From assembly GCA_964520055.1 (NCBI GenBank), contig CAZFME010000003.1, forward strand, positions 1-57,746: a stretch of DNA of 57,746 bases. Reading direction: 5' to 3'. The DNA is from an uncultured Clostridia bacterium (GTDB lineage: Bacteria; Bacillota; Thermosediminibacteria; Thermosediminibacterales; Tepidanaerobacteraceae). Below, in pieces: positions 45,237 through 54,914 of this stretch (positions within the stretch are counted from its first letter, which is position 1; every line of letters starts with the position of its first letter). The position numbers and the translations under genes are program-made. Under the pieces are notes generated by a model. It was not told the origin of the DNA. It ran no database searches and saw only the letters and a program-made list of their open reading frames with translations.

Positions 45237-45643
45237 AGACAAATTGTAAAAAAGAATAATTTTAATTAATAAAACTGGATAATAGATAGATTACATAGTA
45301 TTCTGTATGTGTTTTATCTATTTTTTTTACATAAGTCAAGTCAAAATTAGTGTGTAATTTCTTCGGGTTATCAGCAGACCCAAATTTAGGATCTACAAAG
45401 TAGAAAGATGCTAATAAAAACAGTCTTCCTGTAAGCGTTTATGCCACAAAAGGTTGCTTACAGTGAGTGCTCTTTTTTAGAATTCAGCTAACCAACGCCT
45501 TTTTTTATAATGCAATAGAGAAGTATAATTTTCCCTGATTGATAAAATCTAATAAATATAAGTTTTTTTATAATATGAGGAGGAAAAAACGGGAAAAAAT
45601 AGAATAATATGTTAGATATAAAGAATAGGGGGGGGATTCATTT

Positions 45644-46831
45644 ATGACTAAAAAAGAAGCTTACGATGTTTTAATAAATCTTGAAAATGCTGAAAATAAA
45701 AAATATAATAAACTAAATGTACACTTTATTTGGACAAGTTGCTTATTTTGGATTGGCAAATACAATAAAGCCTTATGTTATATCCATAAGATATCGGAAA
45801 AAAACAACACCGTAGAAGTGGATTGTTGGAAAGGAGTATTGTATTATTTTATAAGGGATTATAACAATGCTGTTTATTTTTTGGAAAAAGCCGAAAACAT
45901 CGATCCAAAAAACATGGGAACAAAATATTTTTTAGCTGAAGTGTTTTTTGCAATGTCGAATATAGAAAAAGCTGAGGCAAGATATAGAGCACTAACCGGT
46001 AATTCGGGTTTTAAATCTATTGGTTTATACGGAATAGGTTGCTGTTTGCTAAAAACAAATCGTCTTGATGAAGCTCTGGGGTTTTTCAACAAGGCATTAT
46101 TGCTTGCAAAACAAGCCGATTTAGTTAAAATTTTAAATAAGAAGGGTTTATGTTTAATGGAACTTAAAATACCGGAAGAAGCCCGGTTATGTTTTGAGGA
46201 ATGCCTGAAATATTCACCAAGTAATGTTATGGTTCAATTGAATTTGGCATTAGCATTAGGCAAATTGAGAAAATATAAAGAAGCTGCTAGGATTTATAAA
46301 AATATATTGATTAAAACACCCCATAACATCATTGCTATAAATAACTATGCATCATGCATGGCAGCATGCAATGCATATGATGAAGCTTTAAAGTACTGCA
46401 ATACGGGGTTAAACATAGATCCGAGCAATCCGGATTTGCTGATAAATAAAGCTTATTGCCTGTACAAGCATGGACATTATAATAGTGCATTAGAGTGTTT
46501 AAATGAAGCTGAAAAAATCGTAAAAGATGATATAATATTATGTAACAATAAAGCCTTGTGCTTAATTGCTCTTGAAAAATATGATGATGCTTTAAAACTT
46601 TTAAGTAAGCTACTAGATAAGGGCAGTTCTGACGACTTACTATTCAACAAGGCCTATTGTTTAGTAAAAAAAGACATGTACAGTGAGGCTCTTGCCTGCC
46701 TTACTAGCATAAAAGATAAAAACAAAAAGAATTTTGATTTTTATACATTAAAAGGGATATGTTTTGAAAAACTTGGCAATCATGAGGCAGCAATAGAAAG
46801 CTTTAACAAATCCTTGATTATTGCCGGATAG
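45644..46831 (+). CDS. Tetratricopeptide-repeat protein
   Basis: Repeated 34-aa pattern (..A...Y..AL...P.N....N.A.C......Y.EAL..) through most of the 395 aa. SD AGGGGGGGA. Confidence 0.8.
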   Translation: MTKKEAYDVLINLENAENKKYNKLNVHFIWTSCLFWIGKYNKALCYIHKISEKNNTVEVDCWKGVLYYFIRDYNNAVYFLEKAENIDPKNMGTKYFLAEVFFAMSNIEKAEARYRALTGNSGFKSIGLYGIGCCLLKTNRLDEALGFFNKALLLAKQADLVKILNKKGLCLMELKIPEEARLCFEECLKYSPSNVMVQLNLALALGKLRKYKEAARIYKNILIKTPHNIIAINNYASCMAACNAYDEALKYCNTGLNIDPSNPDLLINKAYCLYKHGHYNSALECLNEAEKIVKDDIILCNNKALCLIALEKYDDALKLLSKLLDKGSSDDLLFNKAYCLVKKDMYSEALACLTSIKDKNKKNFDFYTLKGICFEKLGNHEAAIESFNKSLIIAG

Positions 46832-46842
46832 GAGTGTAATAT

Positions 46843-47604
46843 TTGAACATACTCATTACAAATGATGACGGAATAAATTCCGCAGGTTTAATTATATTAG
46901 CCCAAGAAATATCAAAAATTGCCGACGTTACTGTTGTTGCTCCGGATAGAGAACGTAGCGCTACGGCTCATGCAATAACCATGCATAAACCACTAAGAGC
47001 AGAAAAAGTGGATATTCCGAATTGTAAAGCTTTGGGCTGGACTATAAACGGAACTCCTTCAGATTGTGTTAAATTGGCACTAGAAGCGCTGCTTGAATTG
47101 ACTCCCGATTTAATCTTATCCGGAATCAACCATGGGCCTAATCTGGGAACCGATGTTATCTATTCCGGAACCGTATCAGCGGCAATCGAAGGTGCCATTT
47201 CAGGAGTTCCATCAATTGCTTTGTCAATAGCCGGACATAAAAATATCCATTTTAATTATGCAGCTAAACTTACAAAAAAATTGTGTCTACAAATACTTGA
47301 CCATGAGTTTCCTGTAGATTCTTTGTTAAATGTTAACATACCATTCGTCGAACCGAACGCAATTGCAGGTGTTGCTATAACTCATCTGGGCAACATAAGA
47401 TATAAAAACAGTTTTGACCGTCGCATGGACCCCAGAGGTAGGGTTTATTATTGGTTAGCCGGTGAAGCAATTGATAATACTGATGATGAAGGTTCTGACG
47501 TATGGGCTGTGAAAAATAATTATATTTCTATTACACCGATACTCTTTGATTTAACAAAGTATGATATGATTGAAACTATCAAAAAATGGAATTTACAAAT
47601 ATAA
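46843..47604 (+). CDS. surE: 5'/3'-nucleotidase SurE
   Basis: ILITNDDGINSAG N-terminal motif, SGINHGPNLG and YSGTVSAA. Confidence 0.93.
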   Translation: MNILITNDDGINSAGLIILAQEISKIADVTVVAPDRERSATAHAITMHKPLRAEKVDIPNCKALGWTINGTPSDCVKLALEALLELTPDLILSGINHGPNLGTDVIYSGTVSAAIEGAISGVPSIALSIAGHKNIHFNYAAKLTKKLCLQILDHEFPVDSLLNVNIPFVEPNAIAGVAITHLGNIRYKNSFDRRMDPRGRVYYWLAGEAIDNTDDEGSDVWAVKNNYISITPILFDLTKYDMIETIKKWNLQI

Positions 47605-47623
47605 TTAAAGAAAGGTAATGAAA

Positions 47624-47788
47624 ATGGATACGGGTAAGCTGGAAATCATTGCAAAAAAAGAAATAGCTTATAATGATGAGTTATATAAACTTGTGGATTT
47701 CTTAAATAAAAATTTAAAAAATAAGCACATTATGGTAGGTATTTCAAAGAATAATGATAAAGCTGTCATTTCAATTTATGAGACTTAA
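47624..47788 (+). CDS. ypmA: YpmA-like small protein (DUF4264-like, 54 aa), absent from the ORF track
   Basis: MDTGKLEIIAKKEIAYNDELYKLVDFLNKNLKNKHIMVGISKNNDKAVISIYET. Pattern (DDLYKIVD.LN..LK...LMFG......ftIYrT) recalled for B. subtilis YpmA. Same position relative to aspB. Confidence 0.55.
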   Translation: MDTGKLEIIAKKEIAYNDELYKLVDFLNKNLKNKHIMVGISKNNDKAVISIYET

Positions 47789-47856
47789 ACTTGCACCAAT
47801 GTAGTTCCCTCTACGTATATTATAATGATATTTTAATTTATTGGAGGGAACGCATT

Positions 47857-48963
47857 ATGGGAGAAGGAAACATAACAAGATATTTTCCCGGTAATAATAC
47901 TCCTGATGGATACTATTCTTTTTTTGATTATATTCTGCCATGGAAAAATGCACGGAGAATAATAATAATCAAAGGCGGGCCAGGAGTGGGCAAGTCAACA
48001 ATGATAAGGAAAATAACCAAAGAGTTGACTCAGAAGGGTTTAGATATTGAATTACTTCATTGTACCGCTGACAGCGATTCCTTAGACGGTTTGATAGTTA
48101 AAAAATATAACGTAGCTGTAGTTGACGGGACTGCTCCACATGTGATAGACCCAAAATTCCCCGGTTGTGTTGATGAAATAGTTAATTTCGGTGAATATTG
48201 GGATGAATCCGGTCTGCTAAAGCAAAAAGACCGTATCTTTGTTTTGCAAGAAAAGGTAAGATATCTTTACAAAAGAGTATATAAATATTTAAAAACATCT
48301 AAAATGATTTTAGATGACCTTGAAGACATATATAGAAATGCAGTTATTAACCAGCTAATTGAAGCAAAAACTGAAGAAATTATAAACAATGTATTCAAAG
48401 ATATAAAAAGAAACAGTAAAACTCCTTTTCAAAGACATATGTTTGCCAGCGGAATTACTCCAGAAGGCTCCATACACTTTTTAGACGATTTATTTGATAA
48501 TGTCCATCAACGTTTTATAATTTCGGGAAATCCAGGTACAGGAAAGTCTACTTTATTAAAAAACATTTTTAACCATGCCGTCAGCAAAAGATTTGACGTG
48601 GACGTATTTCATTGTCCTATGAATCCGGAAAAAATTGAACATTTAATAATACAGGAATTAGGTATTGGATTTATAACTTCAATTCAACCTCATATATTAT
48701 CGAATATAAGGGGAGATGATGTAGTTATAGATATGAATTTTGTTTTAGATTGTTCTAGGCTAAAAGATTTTAAGGGAGATATCGAATACAATAACTCACT
48801 TTCATGGGAGTTGTTTGAAAAGGCTATAAAAACACTGGGAAACGTAAAAAAAACACGCAATGAACTTGAGGCGATTTATGCATCCAATATGAACTTCGGA
48901 GTCATTGACAAAGTACGAGAACAAATACTTGCAAAAATATTAAGATATATATATAATCAATAA
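47857..48963 (+). CDS. ATPase with two Walker-A motifs (PRK06851-like, function unknown)
   Basis: GGPGVGKST and GNPGTGKST about 190 aa apart. GGAGGG supports ATG 47857 (track start 47791). Confidence 0.6.
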   Translation: MGEGNITRYFPGNNTPDGYYSFFDYILPWKNARRIIIIKGGPGVGKSTMIRKITKELTQKGLDIELLHCTADSDSLDGLIVKKYNVAVVDGTAPHVIDPKFPGCVDEIVNFGEYWDESGLLKQKDRIFVLQEKVRYLYKRVYKYLKTSKMILDDLEDIYRNAVINQLIEAKTEEIINNVFKDIKRNSKTPFQRHMFASGITPEGSIHFLDDLFDNVHQRFIISGNPGTGKSTLLKNIFNHAVSKRFDVDVFHCPMNPEKIEHLIIQELGIGFITSIQPHILSNIRGDDVVIDMNFVLDCSRLKDFKGDIEYNNSLSWELFEKAIKTLGNVKKTRNELEAIYASNMNFGVIDKVREQILAKILRYIYNQ

Positions 48964-49116
48964 TAAAAATAAAAATAAATAATGCTAAAAATTTTGGGGA
49001 TCCCCCATTTTCTTTTTTTATTTACTGTGTAAGGAAAATAAAAGGAAAATACAATTTTATGAAGAATATAAGAAAAAATGTCACTAGTTGTTTAAATTGC
49101 AGAGGAGGTTATAACA

Positions 49117-50313
49117 TTGTTCATTTCACAAAAAGCTCAAGGCATTAGCCCATCACCAACTCTAGAAGTGGATGCTAAAGCAAAGCAAATGAAAAAAGAA
49201 GGCCATGATTTAATAGGTTTTGCAGCTGGTGAACCGGACTTTGATACACCGGAATATATTAAATCAGCAGCCAAATCCGCCATTAATCAAGGTATCACAA
49301 AATACACTCCGGTGGGGGGGACAAAAGAACTCAAAATTGCTATAGCAAATTACCTTGAAGTAGAAAACGGTGTCTCATACACCCCAAACCAAATTACGGT
49401 ATCTAATGGTGCAAAACAATGCCTGTATAATGCATTATATTGTCTCATAGATCCCGGTGACAAGGTTTTAATTCCCAGCCCATATTGGGTAAGCTATCCA
49501 GAAATGGTTAAGCTATGTGGTGGAATTCCGGTTTTTGTGCCAACAACTGAGAATAACAACTTTATTTTAAAAGCCGACACCTTAAAAAAGTATATCGACA
49601 AGAAGACCAAAATACTTATCATCAATAGCCCTAATAATCCCTGTGGCAGTGTATATTCTAAACAGGATTTGGAGCAAATAGCAAAATTAGCTATAGAAAA
49701 CAATATTTTTGTTATATCGGATGAAATATACGAAAAATTGATTTATGACTGCTTGGAGCATGTAAGCATAGTCTCGTATAAAAATATGCTTGAAAGAACT
49801 TTATTGATAAACGGGATGTCAAAATCCTTCGCTATGACAGGGTGGAGAATAGGCTTCGCAGCAGGACCAACACAGCTAATAGAAGTTATGGAAAATTTCC
49901 AGAGCCACTCTACATCAAATCCTAACTCCATAGCACAAAGAGCTAGTGTGGAAGCTTTTTCTAATTTGACCAAAGATGAAAACATAGGAAAAATGGTTAA
50001 TGAATTCTCAGAGCGTCGAAAGTATATGGTAGAAAGAATAAATAGAATAAAATATCTTTCCTGCCGTTTACCTATGGGGGCTTTTTATATATTTATGAAT
50101 ATATCCGGAACCTTTAATAAGCAATGTGATGGAAGAACAATTAATGATTCAACTGATTTTACTGAAATTCTTCTTGAAAAATATAAAGTTGCCGTAGTAC
50201 CTGGTGTAGCATTTGGTGCCAATGATTATGTAAGATTATCCTATGCAACTTCAATGGAAAATATAAAAAAGGGTCTGGACCGAATTGAAAAATTTATTGA
50301 AATATTGGAGTGA
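49117..50313 (+). CDS. aspB: Aspartate aminotransferase (class I PLP aminotransferase)
   Basis: GEPDFDTP, NSPNNPCG and NGMSKSFAMTGWRIG (PLP-Lys) motifs. TTG start after GAGGAGG. Confidence 0.9.
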   Translation: MFISQKAQGISPSPTLEVDAKAKQMKKEGHDLIGFAAGEPDFDTPEYIKSAAKSAINQGITKYTPVGGTKELKIAIANYLEVENGVSYTPNQITVSNGAKQCLYNALYCLIDPGDKVLIPSPYWVSYPEMVKLCGGIPVFVPTTENNNFILKADTLKKYIDKKTKILIINSPNNPCGSVYSKQDLEQIAKLAIENNIFVISDEIYEKLIYDCLEHVSIVSYKNMLERTLLINGMSKSFAMTGWRIGFAAGPTQLIEVMENFQSHSTSNPNSIAQRASVEAFSNLTKDENIGKMVNEFSERRKYMVERINRIKYLSCRLPMGAFYIFMNISGTFNKQCDGRTINDSTDFTEILLEKYKVAVVPGVAFGANDYVRLSYATSMENIKKGLDRIEKFIEILE

Positions 50314-50360
50314 AAAAGGGATAATATTGCCTTGCCCAAATCTAAAGTTTAACCAATTTT

Positions 50361-50400
50361 AAAAATAAACAGCACCTGTAAAAAGGTGCTGTTTATTTTT
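50361..50400. terminator. Bidirectional terminator between convergent aspB and the SNF transporter
   Basis: AAAAATAAACAGCACCT / AGGTGCTGTTTATTTTT perfect 17-bp stem with A/T runs on both sides. Overlaps the transporter stop codon. Confidence 0.85.
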
Positions 50401-51757
50401 AAAATATACCTAATCCAGTGAGAAATACAATGAAAACCAAGGCTGGAGCAACATATTTTAACATAACATTAGCCCAAAAATTACCCAATTCAAATTTTAG
50501 TAAACCATTGTTAGTTGCTTCCCTTAAAGCATTTTGGGTACCCCATAACCATGAAATAAATAGAGCCGTTAACATTCCCCCAAGAGGTAAAAGAAGGTTA
50601 TTAGAGACCCAGTCCAGTTGGTCGAAAAATACCAAATCTGCAATTTTAAATCCACTTAAGGGCCCCATGGATAATGAAGCAAATGTACCGACGATAAAGA
50701 TTACCCCACCAATGGTAATTGATGCCCGTTTCCGATTCCAGCCATGTTCTTCTATCATATAGGCTATAATCGGTTCTAGAAGCGAGATGGCAGAAGTTAA
50801 AGCAGCGAGAAATAGCAAGAAGAAAAATGCACCGCCAAAAAGCTGTCCTAAGGGCATCTCACTAAATACTGCCGGTAAAGTAACAAAAGTTAAACCTGGT
50901 CCGGAAGAAGGTTCAAAACCATAGGAAAAGACAGCAGGGAAGATGATAAGACCTGCAAAAAAGGCAATAACAGTATCCATTAGGGGCACTATTAACGATA
51001 CCTGAGGAATGTTTTCCTCTTTCCCTAAGTAACTGCCATAGGTTAGAATGGAGCCCATTCCTAAACTTAGAGAGAAAAACACTTGACCCAGAGCAGCTAA
51101 TGCTGTTTTCGTAGTAAGTTTTGATAAATCCGGTACAAGATAAAATTTGATTCCTTCAGCTGCCCCAGGCAACATTAAAGAACGAATAGCTAAAATGACT
51201 ACAATTAAAAATAGTGCAGGCATCATGATATTGGAATACTTTTCAATACCGTCTTTGACACCGTTATAACAGATCCAGATAGTTAAAGCCATAAAAAGAG
51301 CATGAAACAATATCGGTAAAACAGGATTTGATATAAAACCGCTGAAAAGCTGATCGGTTAGTGCGGGATCAGTCATTCCAAATCCAATAATTGAACGAAA
51401 GAAGTAATAAATGACCCAACCGCCTACGACACTATAAAATGATAGAATCATAAAACCTGCAATAAGGCCTATACCTCCAATCCATGCAAATGACTTATTT
51501 ATTTTTTTAAAGGCACCTACATTGGATCTTTGGGCATAACGGCCAAGGGTAACTTCACCCATAAACATTGTAATACCTACAAGTACGACAATAGCCAAAT
51601 ATATAACTAAGAAAACAGCGCCCCCATAGGCTCCTACCAACCAGGGAAAGCGCCATATATTACCAAGACCTATGGCGGAACCGGCTGCAGCGAATATAAA
51701 ACCAATTTTACTTGCAAAACCTTCACGTGTCTTTTGAGCATCATGTTGTTGACTCAA
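50399..51757 (-). CDS. Sodium-dependent transporter, neurotransmitter:sodium symporter (SNF) family
   Basis: GSAIGLGNIWRFPW signature and about 11-12 TM segments. TTG start 9 nt after AAGGAGGA. Confidence 0.92.
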   Translation of the reverse strand: MSQQHDAQKTREGFASKIGFIFAAAGSAIGLGNIWRFPWLVGAYGGAVFLVIYLAIVVLVGITMFMGEVTLGRYAQRSNVGAFKKINKSFAWIGGIGLIAGFMILSFYSVVGGWVIYYFFRSIIGFGMTDPALTDQLFSGFISNPVLPILFHALFMALTIWICYNGVKDGIEKYSNIMMPALFLIVVILAIRSLMLPGAAEGIKFYLVPDLSKLTTKTALAALGQVFFSLSLGMGSILTYGSYLGKEENIPQVSLIVPLMDTVIAFFAGLIIFPAVFSYGFEPSSGPGLTFVTLPAVFSEMPLGQLFGGAFFFLLFLAALTSAISLLEPIIAYMIEEHGWNRKRASITIGGVIFIVGTFASLSMGPLSGFKIADLVFFDQLDWVSNNLLLPLGGMLTALFISWLWGTQNALREATNNGLLKFELGNFWANVMLKYVAPALVFIVFLTGLGIF

Positions 51758-51903
51758 GATGAATTATCCTCCTTTTATAATTGTTTTATCCTTGTGTTGT
51801 CCTTTTCTTTTAATTTCCTCCTTTCAACTTAATAAGATACCATAATTTTTTATTAAAAACAAGGGCTTTTGGGAATGTTGTAAATTTTTATGAATTTTGA
51901 ATT

Positions 51904-51929
51904 TGCGCTAGGTTTATGCGCTAGGTTTA
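51904..51929. repeat. Perfect tandem duplication of a 13-nt unit
   Basis: TGCGCTAGGTTTA (51904-51916) is immediately repeated at 51917-51929. Lies about 150 nt upstream of the SNF transporter start. Confidence 0.9.
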
Positions 51930-52011
51930 GATGTATATTGCTATACCATATTATGCTAAATTCATTAGAGCATTTCTCAATATGTTAACTAAAAATTTTT
52001 CACACTAATCT

Positions 52012-52040
52012 TTGACATGGCAAATAAATTATTGTATAAT
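52012..52040 (+). promoter_or_regulatory. Consensus sigma-A promoter of tRNA-Trp
   Basis: TTGACA (52012-52017), 17 nt, TATAAT (52035-52040) preceded by TG. The tRNA starts 12 nt downstream. Confidence 0.75.
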
Positions 52041-52051
52041 ATAAAAAGCAT

Positions 52052-52127
52052 AGGGGAGTAGCTCAATTGGTAGAGTAGCGGTCTCCAAAACCGTTGGTTG
52101 CGGGTTCAAGTCCTGTCTCCCCTGCCA
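52052..52127 (+). tRNA. tRNA-Trp (CCA)
   Basis: Acceptor AGGGGAG/CTCCCCT, anticodon stem GCGGT/ACCGT with loop CTCCAAA, GGTTCAAGTCC T-loop, discriminator G, CCA. Confidence 0.92.
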
Positions 52128-52155
52128 TTTTTATATTAAAATAAAAATTGAAAAT

Positions 52156-52180
52156 AAGTCCCGTAGCCGGGACTTTTTTC
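52156..52180 (+). terminator. Terminator after tRNA-Trp
   Basis: AAGTCCCG-TAGC-CGGGACTT followed by TTTTC. Confidence 0.8.
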
Positions 52181-52589
52181 TTTTAAAAGAAAAAATATCG
52201 AAGAAACAGGTAGTATTGCAAAAAAAATTGAGAATCAAAAAACCCAACATATTTTTAGTACAATCGCCTTCATAAATTGCTTTTAAGGTGATTTAAAACA
52301 GAATTGGTATAATGTAATATATCCATGTATAAAACGTCTTAAAACCGTATTTAGGCCCATAAATGTTTAAATAAAAAACTCATATAAGCATATTGTAGGT
52401 ATTATAATGCCAATAGTTCTTAATAATATTTATTAGTTTACATAATATATATTATCGGACGTTGTGCTGATAATATATTATTAAACTTTTGGGGTTAATT
52501 TATATGTGCCATGCACACATGGCCATGCGGATTATATTCTAACCCTTTTTTAAAGTCATATAAGTTATTATAAAATAGCCACACCCAAT

Positions 52590-52628
52590 CAAACATGTGT
52601 TTGAAATATTGTTCTATTATGATATAAT
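52590..52628 (+). promoter_or_regulatory. lexA promoter with two overlapping degenerate SOS (Cheo-type) boxes
   Basis: CAAACATGTGTTTG (52590-52603; AAAC-N4-GTTT) and GAAATATTGTTC (52603-52614; one mismatch to GAAC-N4-GTTC). TTGAAA (52601-52606), 16 nt, TATAAT (52623-52628). Confidence 0.5.
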
Positions 52629-52656
52629 TAAATAAAAAATTCCGGGGTGATACATT

Positions 52657-53262
52657 ATGTATGAAGACTTGACTCATAGGCAAAGGCAAATACTGGATTA
52701 TTTACATTACTACTTTAAAATTAAAGGTTATCCCCCGTCGGTCAGAGAAATCTGTGCAGCTACCAATTTAAAGTCTACCGCTACAGTTCATGGTTATTTA
52801 GTTCAGTTAGAGAAAAAAGGATACATTAAACGTGACCCACAAAAACCACGGGCTATCGAGATCATGAATATGAGCGTTTTTAACAAAAATTTGGTCGAAG
52901 TACCCCTTGTCGGAAAAGTAACCGCCGGACAACCTATTTTAGCCCAGGAAAATATAGAAAATATATTCCCCTTGCCTAAAGAAATGGTGCCTGACGCTAC
53001 TGTTTTTATGTTATCTGTAAAAGGCGACAGTATGATCAACGCCGGTATTTTGAGCGGTGATTATGTCTTGGTACAATCTATGAACACTGCAGAAAACGGC
53101 GATATAGTTGTAGCCCTCCTTGAAGATGAGGCAACCATAAAAAGATTTTATAAAAAATCCGATCACTTCCGGCTTCAACCGGAAAACTCTTTTATGGAAC
53201 CCATTATAGTAAAGGATTTGAAAATACTTGGAAAAGTAGTAGGACTTTACAGAAAACTGTAA
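52657..53262 (+). CDS. lexA: LexA SOS repressor
   Basis: N-terminal wHTH ([12 protein letters not shown]...PSVREI), cleavage site VTAGQP, and Ser/Lys dyad motifs VKGDSM and ATIKRF. Confidence 0.95.
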   Translation: MYEDLTHRQRQILDYLHYYFKIKGYPPSVREICAATNLKSTATVHGYLVQLEKKGYIKRDPQKPRAIEIMNMSVFNKNLVEVPLVGKVTAGQPILAQENIENIFPLPKEMVPDATVFMLSVKGDSMINAGILSGDYVLVQSMNTAENGDIVVALLEDEATIKRFYKKSDHFRLQPENSFMEPIIVKDLKILGKVVGLYRKL

Positions 53263-53354
53263 TCCCAAAAAGGTGACAGTGAAATTGTCCCCTGCCACCC
53301 CTAATAAAGCAACAGTAGAACCGTTCCCTGTCCCTTTATTTTCTGTATGTTAGC

Positions 53355-54653
53355 TTATTTTATTTTGAGATTACCGCTGTCTATCAATGCTTGAAGACCG
53401 CTTAATATACCGAGTTTTACATGGAAAAAGTTTAAGCCACCTTGTATGTATACTACATAAGGTTCCCTGAGTGGGGCGTCAGCACTAAGTTCTATAGAAG
53501 AACCTTGTATGAAACTACCACCAGCCATGATTATCTTATTATCATATCCTGGCATAGCCCATGGTTCAGGCATAACATGTGAATCTACAGGGCCTACTTT
53601 TTGTATTCCCCTGCAAAAACTGATCAAAGCATCTTTATCCCTCAATATAACAGCTGTTACTATATCGCTTCGTTTTTCGTCATATCTTGGATAAACTTCA
53701 AACCCCATTTGCTCCATTATCCCGGAAGTAAAGATTGCACCTTTTAAGGCTTCACCCACTATCATTGGAGCATAAAAAAGCCCTTGAACAATCAGACGAT
53801 TTGAGAAAAGTGATGGACCGTAATTCTTATCAAGACCCGGTGCAGTAAGTCTGTAAGAACATTGTTTTACTAATTCGCTTTTTCCTGCTACATATCCCCC
53901 GGTGGGTGCTATCCCTCCTCCGGGATTTTTTATCAGAGATCCGGCACATAAATCCGCACCAATTTCGATTGGTTCATTAGTTTCTACAAATTCACCATAA
54001 CAGTTGTCAACAAAACAGATTGCATCATGTTTTATGCTTTTTATGTATTCAATAAGCCGCTTTATTTCTGAAATGCCTAAGGAGGGCCTTATACTATATC
54101 CTCTTGAACGTTGAATGAGAACCATCTTGGTATTCTCGTTCATATTATCCTTAATCGCCTTATAATCTGGTTTACCATTGGTCAAACCTGCTTCTCGATA
54201 ACTTATGTTATAATTTTTTAATGACCCGCAGTTATCCCCATGAATCACATCTTTTAATGTATCATAAGGAGTGCCAGTTGCACTTAAAAGTTCATCGCCG
54301 GGTCTTAACACTCCTAAAAGGCACAGAGTTATGGCGTGGGTTCCTGATACGATTTGAGGTCTTATAAGGGCATCCTCAGCTCTAAATATGTTTTTATATA
54401 TTTCGTCTATTGTTTCTCTTCCGACATCACCATATCCGTATCCGGTAGAGCCGGTGAGATGGTAATCACTTAAAAATGATTTTTTCATTGATGCTAGTAC
54501 TTTTAATTGATTGAACTCAACAATGTTTTCAATATCCCTTATAATATGTCGAATATTTTCAGTAACTTTTTTAGATGTTTTTATAATATCTCGGCTAATA
54601 CCATAACCTTCCACGGCAATTTTATCAATATTATCTAACAAACCTTCTTCCAT
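53355..54653 (-). CDS. ynbB: YnbB / aluminium-resistance family PLP-dependent C-S lyase-like protein
   Basis: GSTGYGYGDVGRE, IRPQIVSGTHAI, GSLIKNPGGGIAPTGGY and SIELSADAPLREPY closely follow the B. subtilis YnbB sequence as I recall it. Confidence 0.85.
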   Translation of the reverse strand: MEEGLLDNIDKIAVEGYGISRDIIKTSKKVTENIRHIIRDIENIVEFNQLKVLASMKKSFLSDYHLTGSTGYGYGDVGRETIDEIYKNIFRAEDALIRPQIVSGTHAITLCLLGVLRPGDELLSATGTPYDTLKDVIHGDNCGSLKNYNISYREAGLTNGKPDYKAIKDNMNENTKMVLIQRSRGYSIRPSLGISEIKRLIEYIKSIKHDAICFVDNCYGEFVETNEPIEIGADLCAGSLIKNPGGGIAPTGGYVAGKSELVKQCSYRLTAPGLDKNYGPSLFSNRLIVQGLFYAPMIVGEALKGAIFTSGIMEQMGFEVYPRYDEKRSDIVTAVILRDKDALISFCRGIQKVGPVDSHVMPEPWAMPGYDNKIIMAGGSFIQGSSIELSADAPLREPYVVYIQGGLNFFHVKLGILSGLQALIDSGNLKIK

Positions 54654-54671
54654 TTATTATCCTCTTTTCAT

Positions 54672-54899
54672 CTATAATTCTCGATTATGTATATTATCAT
54701 AATTTATATGCATGTTCAACTCTTTGGTGCATAACGGACATATAGATGTTTCAAACAGCTGCTTTCTCCACTCAAGAGGTACAAGACTCATTCCTTCAGT
54801 CATACCCTCCTTCTTTCCTGTTCTTCTACCTAAAGCATATCCCAATAAAAAAACCGCTATTTCTAAAATTATTAACAAAAGTATTTTATTATAAAACAT
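54672..54899 (-). CDS. Small membrane-anchored protein (75 aa) with a CPLC motif
   Basis: N-terminal TM segment (ILLLIILEIAVFLLGYAL), C-terminal SICPLCTKEL. SD GAAGGGA. Lies 15 nt after the upstream gene and 18 nt before ynbB. Confidence 0.5.
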   Translation of the reverse strand: MFYNKILLLIILEIAVFLLGYALGRRTGKKEGMTEGMSLVPLEWRKQLFETSICPLCTKELNMHINYDNIHNREL

Positions 54900-54914
54900 C
54901 CTGGACCGTCCCTT

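Noticed and set aside
48991-49010. GGGGATCCCC palindrome after the double-P-loop ATPase gene as a terminator
   Set aside because: The stem would have essentially no loop. Only a weak alternative pairing with flanking A/T runs is possible, which is too uncertain to list.
52441-52483. AT-only inverted repeat (ATATATTATC / GATAATATAT) in the tRNA-Trp / lexA spacer
   Set aside because: It is a 10-bp all-A/T stem with a 12-nt loop. That is thermodynamically marginal and expected by chance in this composition.
52504-52542. Mini-ORF MCHAHMAMRIIF upstream of lexA
   Set aside because: It is 12 codons long with a weak SD-like GGGG. Nothing distinguishes it from chance in an AT-rich spacer.
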